Of a stretch of 64,000 bases of DNA, positions 59,705 through 64,000 are shown one piece after another (position 1 is the first letter of the stretch; every line of letters begins with the position of its first letter). This DNA comes from an uncultured bacterium (GTDB lineage Bacteria; Krumholzibacteriota; Krumholzibacteriia; LZORAL124-64-63): positions 160,001-224,000 of the forward strand of contig CAVSGO010000008.1 of assembly GCA_963727525.1 (NCBI GenBank). Direction: 5' to 3'. The notes under the pieces are model-generated. The model worked only from the letters and a program-made list of their open reading frames with translations. It searched no databases and was not told the DNA's origin. The position numbers were made by a program, and so were the translations under genes.

Positions 59705-62700
59705 CTAGAAGCTCGCCGCGCGCGAATCGGGAGTTTCCGTCGCGCGCCACCAGGCGGTCACCAGGCCGTCGATCTCTCCCGGCGCGAGATGACCCGCGCC
59801 AATCGCATCCCGCATTGCCGCCGCCACCCTCGCCAGCACCTCATCGCGCGTCAGGCGCGGGCGATCGTCCAGTTCGCCGCGCTCCCGCAGCGTGGTCTCG
59901 AGCTCATCGATGAGCGAACGCCGCAGGTTGGACACGCGACCGTCGCGCAGGGCGGCGACGAGTGTGGCCGCGTCGCCACCGACGTCGTCGATGAGCGCCT
60001 CGATCTCCGCCAACTTGGTGCTGCGCGCCACGGCGCCGCAGGCGGCGAGCGACGCCCGGGTGACGGCCCGGCCGCGGCCCTCCGCCCGCGCGGCCAGGAA
60101 CGCCGCCAGCGCGTCGGCCCTGACCGTCAGACGTCGCATCTGCATCCCGCCCGGCCCCGTGGCCCCGTCGCCGGCCGCGTCGGCGAGCGCCGCGAACGCG
60201 CCCCACGTGCGGGCGCCGCTCCGCAGGGCGACGTGCAACGCCGCGAGGTCGTCGCTCAGCAGGTAGTAGAGGTGGGCCCGGGTGACGGGCGCATGGACAT
60301 CGAGGCTCTCCACGCGCAGGCGCCGGGCGTACTGCGGCGGGTCGAGCCCGTCGGGCGCCGGGATCTCCGGGGGGACGGCCGCGGCGAGCGCCGCCAGCGG
60401 CGGAAGCTGCGCCTCGGCGCGGATCACCCCGAGGTCGGTGACCGGCGCGGGTGGCAGGTCCGCGGCGGCGAGCGCCCGCTGCCAGGTGGCGATGGTCTCG
60501 GGATGCGCCGTGAGCACGACGAGCTGGCGACCGTCGCGCTTGACCATGTCGATCAGGCTGGCCGCCACCGCGGCGGCGCGCCGGGGATCGCTCGCCGATA
60601 GCGCCTCGTCCAGCAGCAGCGGCAACGGTTCGCCGCGCTCGATGTCCACGACGAAGGCCAGGCGCGCCGCGAGCAGGAGCTGGGCGCGCGTACCGTCGGA
60701 CAGCTCCCGCAAACGCAGCGGCCGCTGCGTCTCCCGATCGCGTGCGCGGAATCCGTCGTCGTGCACCGCGAGCGCGTAGCGACCCGCAGTGAAGAGAGTG
60801 AACAGGGTGCTGGCTTCCGCGAGCACGGCGGGCAGGCTACGGCGTTCGTGTTCCTGGGCCACGGTGTCCAGGAGGAGATGCGCCAGAGCGTTGTCCTCGT
60901 GTGTGCGTACCACGCGGGCCAGGTTCGACACGGCGGCCGCGACGGCGGCAGTCGCGTTCTGCAGGCGCGACTGGCGGCGCGCCTGGGCGATGGCGCCGTC
61001 GATCTCCCCGTACCGTTTCTGGAGCGCCGCGGACTGGTCGGCCTGGGCGGCCAGCGCGGCGCGCTGCGTGGCGCGCGTGACGTCGTCGCTCGCGGCGGCT
61101 GCGAGAGCGTCGTCGCGGTACGGGCCGAGAGCATCGATCTCGTCTTCGGCGAGGGATACCGCGGCCGTGGCGGCCCGGTGGTCGGCGGCGGTGGCGAGGT
61201 AGGTGTCGCGCTGGGCGAGCAGGCGATCGAGGTCCGCGACGGCGCCCGGCGCTAGGTCCAGATTCGCGAAGAGCGCGGCGATCGACGCGTGGATGTCGTT
61301 GAGACGCGCGCGGGCCGCATCGGCGAGGGCCGACTGCGACGCGAGGTCGCGCGTCGCGTCGCGATGCTGCTGGGCACGCTGCGCGAGGTCAGCCAGGGCG
61401 GCGTTGGTGGCAAGAGCGTCGGTGGCAAGAGCGTTGGTGGGTTGCGCAACGCCGTGCCGGGCGAGGAATTGCGCCAGCTCCGCCAGGATCGCGTCGCGCT
61501 CGGCCCGGGCGGTGACCACGCGGGCGGCCGCGGCAGCTTCCTCGTGACGGGCCTCGTGGACGGCGGCGATGCGCGGCAGCAGCTCCGCCAGCTCGAGACC
61601 GCCCGTCTCGGGCTCGAGGCCGTGCTGTAGCGCCAGTGCGCGCCGCGCGGCACGCTGCGCCCGGCGCTGTTCGTCGACCCGCGTGCGCTCCGCCTGCAGG
61701 CCAGCGCGCCAATTGCGCCGAAGTTCGCGCTCGGCGGCGTCCGCCAGCTCGGCGTTCAGCGCGAGTAGGCGGCGCACCACGTCGTCGCGCCGCCACGACG
61801 TCGGCTCGGGCAGTCCGGTCTCCCGGTAGGCTTGCTGCGCGACGCGTCGCTGCGCGCGTGCGGCTGTCCGCGGCCACAGGGCGGCGACGATCGCGACCGT
61901 ACCGCCGGCCAGCACCAGCCATCCCCGCGGTCCGGTATGCCAAAGCCGCGCCATCATGCCGGCGGCGACCACGGCCACGCCACTCAGGACCACGATGCCC
62001 CGGCGCCAGTCGCGCGCCGTGGCGTCGGGCGCGGCCAGCCAGCGCGTGAGGGCTCCGCTGGCATCGCGTAACCGCGCCTCCTCGCCATCCTCGCCGTCGG
62101 GACCGTCGCCGACGAGATCGGGGCGGGCGAGCAGCGTCGCCAGGGCTTCGCCGCGCGCACCCAGCTCCGCATCCTGGCGCAGTTCGCGCCTCGCCTCGTC
62201 GATGGCCTCGATGGACACCGGCGCGTGTGGCGCCTCGTGCCAGGGTGGGCCGAGCTGGCGACCGCGCTCGGCGGCAGCCGCCACGGCCGCGTCATGCTCG
62301 CGCTCCAGGCGTGCGACGTCGGCCGCGGACGTCTGCAATGCCTGGCCGCGTTGCTGGGCGACGCGCAGATCCGCTTCGGGCGGCGGCGCGGCGGCGAAAC
62401 CGGCGGTGCCCATCGCCTGGCGCGCATGCTCGCCCGCCGCCAGCGCGGTCGTGAGGCGCTCGTTGTTCTGATCGCGCTCGCGCGCCAGATCCTCCCAGCG
62501 TGCGTGTTCCTGGCCGTGGAGGCGCTCCAGCACGGCGGGCATGGCGTCAAGGCGCCGCCGGGCCTCGGCTGCACGCGTGCGGGCGGCGGCGAGGCGATCG
62601 GCGGCGTCGAGAACCCGCAACCGCGCGGCGGCGTTGTCGGCCGCCCGGATCTGCGCGTCGAGGTCGGCAAGCGCATCCTCGTCGGCGGCGAGGCTGCGCA

Positions 62701-63214
62701 GGTCGTCCTGGACGACGTGCAGCTCGCTGCGGGTCTGGCCGAGAACAACAGTCTCGTGCAGACGCCGCGCCGAGACGCGCATCCCATCGGACTCGCGCAG
62801 GGTCGCCAGATCGTAGCCGCCGGCCATGCGGCTGCGGATCTCGCGGACCAGCGCCTCGTCGTCGGCATCGGGCCCGCTCTTGTGCAGATCGAGCAGGCCG
62901 AGGTGATAGGCTGCGCGCAGCGGGCTCGCGGGCAGCACGGGCGGCGCTCCCCCGTCGGTCGCGCTCCAGCTGGTGGTGGCCGTACCCTCGCGCGCGGCAT
63001 GCCAGGTGCGCGTGCCCGCCTGGAACGTGGCTGTGACCTCGCGACGGGGATCGGGGCGACCGTCCGGGAAGAGCAGGGCGAGGACCGCGCGGCAGGTGGA
63101 ACTCTTGCCGCTGCCGTTGGCGCCCTGGATCAGATTCACGCCCGCCGCGAGGGTGAGGTCGAATGCCGTGTCGATGCCCGGCAGACGCCGGATGGAGAGC
63201 TTACGCAGATCCAT
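59705..63214 (-). CDS. YhaN-like SMC/Rad50-type ATPase
   Basis: GANGSGKSS, long coiled coil, LSDGTR.QL, LLLDE. Confidence 0.85.
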   Translation of the reverse strand: MDLRKLSIRRLPGIDTAFDLTLAAGVNLIQGANGSGKSSTCRAVLALLFPDGRPDPRREVTATFQAGTRTWHAAREGTATTSWSATDGGAPPVLPASPLRAAYHLGLLDLHKSGPDADDEALVREIRSRMAGGYDLATLRESDGMRVSARRLHETVVLGQTRSELHVVQDDLRSLAADEDALADLDAQIRAADNAAARLRVLDAADRLAAARTRAAEARRRLDAMPAVLERLHGQEHARWEDLARERDQNNERLTTALAAGEHARQAMGTAGFAAAPPPEADLRVAQQRGQALQTSAADVARLEREHDAAVAAAAERGRQLGPPWHEAPHAPVSIEAIDEARRELRQDAELGARGEALATLLARPDLVGDGPDGEDGEEARLRDASGALTRWLAAPDATARDWRRGIVVLSGVAVVAAGMMARLWHTGPRGWLVLAGGTVAIVAALWPRTAARAQRRVAQQAYRETGLPEPTSWRRDDVVRRLLALNAELADAAERELRRNWRAGLQAERTRVDEQRRAQRAARRALALQHGLEPETGGLELAELLPRIAAVHEARHEEAAAAARVVTARAERDAILAELAQFLARHGVAQPTNALATDALATNAALADLAQRAQQHRDATRDLASQSALADAARARLNDIHASIAALFANLDLAPGAVADLDRLLAQRDTYLATAADHRAATAAVSLAEDEIDALGPYRDDALAAAASDDVTRATQRAALAAQADQSAALQKRYGEIDGAIAQARRQSRLQNATAAVAAAVSNLARVVRTHEDNALAHLLLDTVAQEHERRSLPAVLAEASTLFTLFTAGRYALAVHDDGFRARDRETQRPLRLRELSDGTRAQLLLAARLAFVVDIERGEPLPLLLDEALSASDPRRAAAVAASLIDMVKRDGRQLVVLTAHPETIATWQRALAAADLPPAPVTDLGVIRAEAQLPPLAALAAAVPPEIPAPDGLDPPQYARRLRVESLDVHAPVTRAHLYYLLSDDLAALHVALRSGARTWGAFAALADAAGDGATGPGGMQMRRLTVRADALAAFLAARAEGRGRAVTRASLAACGAVARSTKLAEIEALIDDVGGDAATLVAALRDGRVSNLRRSLIDELETTLRERGELDDRPRLTRDEVLARVAAAMRDAIGAGHLAPGEIDGLVTAWWRATETPDSRAASF
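61401..61440. repeat. 15-bp tandem repeat (about 2.7 copies), in frame
   Basis: GCGTYGGTGGCAAGA repeated; encodes TNALA/TDALA. Confidence 0.7.
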
Positions 63215-64000
63215 CGTCCGCTCCCCGTTGCTGCGCGAGCAGCGCATCGAGCAGGCGGTAGCCGGCCTGCAGCAGGCGCGTGCGGGTCTCGTCGTCCGTG
63301 TGCGCCGCCGGGTCGGCGCCGAGCCGCCGGTCGAGGCTCGCGAGCGTGCGGCCTGCCTCCGCCAGGAGGGCCGACTGCTCCCCGGCTTGTAGCGCAAGAA
63401 GCTTGCGCGCGAGCACGCCCGGCGGCGTGTCGCTACGTGCGAGCGCCTCGAGGTCATGGGCGGGCGTGACGGCGAGCGCGACGTCGTCGATGAAGGCCAC
63501 CCGTTCGGCGGCCGTGGTGGTCTGGCCGACGAGTGTGGGCGACGTGGCCAGCTCCGTCAGCGCATCCGCGTGGTGCGTGCGGCCGTACAGGCGCAGGCGC
63601 ACGCCCACCACCCGCGCCTCACCCCACGTCTCGTCGTCAGCGGTGAGATGATCTCGGAGCCTGGCGAGCACGCGATCGGTGAGTTCGAGGCGAGGATCGT
63701 GCAGTGCGCTCACGTCGATCGGCAGCATCGACCAGCGCAGCGGCGCCAGCGCGAGCTGGCGCACCGTCACCCGACCTTCCGCGGCTTCGAGGAGCCACGG
63801 GCCGTGTACGCCGGTCTCGGTGGGATCGAGCCCGACGAGCGATCCGAGATAGCCGGGCGCCAGGGTCGCGGGATCGAGGGTCGGTGCGTGCTGATGGCCG
63901 AGCAGCCAGGCGTCGTAGCCGGCCGCGCGCAGCGACGACGACGGTGTGGGGGCGTGTACGCTCGCGCGATGATCCAGGTCGCAGTGCAGCAGGCCCACCG
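63201..64000 (-). CDS. YhaO/SbcD-like metallophosphoesterase (5' truncated)
   Basis: LLH, WLLGH.H, Y.GS..GLD..E.G; adjacent to a YhaN-like ATPase. Confidence 0.85.
   Translation of the reverse strand, partial: VGLLHCDLDHRASVHAPTPSSSLRAAGYDAWLLGHQHAPTLDPATLAPGYLGSLVGLDPTETGVHGPWLLEAAEGRVTVRQLALAPLRWSMLPIDVSALHDPRLELTDRVLARLRDHLTADDETWGEARVVGVRLRLYGRTHHADALTELATSPTLVGQTTTAAERVAFIDDVALAVTPAHDLEALARSDTPPGVLARKLLALQAGEQSALLAEAGRTLASLDRRLGADPAAHTDDETRTRLLQAGYRLLDALLAQQRGADDGSA

Noticed and set aside
488-63469. Many long antisense or overlapping ORFs (e.g. 39011..41458, 36150..38213, 52951..54852)
   Set aside because: Shadow ORFs expected at high GC; Arg/Ala/His-rich, no motifs, and they overlap well-supported genes.
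1-64000. CRISPR array, tRNA or rRNA genes
   Set aside because: No regularly spaced repeat-spacer pattern, cloverleaf or rRNA motifs recognised in the intergenic regions.
59705-64000. YhaO/YhaN pair as a novel defence system
   Set aside because: A widespread SbcCD-like nuclease/ATPase pair with no accompanying defence genes visible.

Overview
GC-rich (about 69%) bacterial chromosomal window. Four secreted proteins ending in an FlgD-Ig/T9SS-like 'PNPFNP...WDGRD..G..V.SG.Y' domain suggest an FCB-group candidate phylum such as Krumholzibacteriota or Latescibacterota (inference). Contents, in order: S8 and M6 proteases, a DUF1460 lipoprotein, rlmH, a complex-I-like cluster, an Omp85-DUF4390-NtrYX module, a duplicated secreted 'FTYQGRL' gene pair, a TetR/LolA-like/ABC cluster, two copies of an IS1-like element, amylase, ppa, glycosyltransferases, glnA, a DUF2892-TolC-RND/ArsR module interrupted by ispH, and a YhaO/YhaN-like pair. 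Main finding 1: an intact operon of complex I MEMBRANE subunits only (A-H-J-K-L-M, with N 23 kb away), with no soluble subunits and with most canonical proton-pumping charged residues apparently replaced. Main finding 2: an IS family whose ends also bound a 142-bp MITE upstream of rlmH and the nuo-like operon, and whose two about 99% identical copies differ sharply in a fixed-length 46-bp 3' segment. All assignments come from manual motif recognition; no searches were run.
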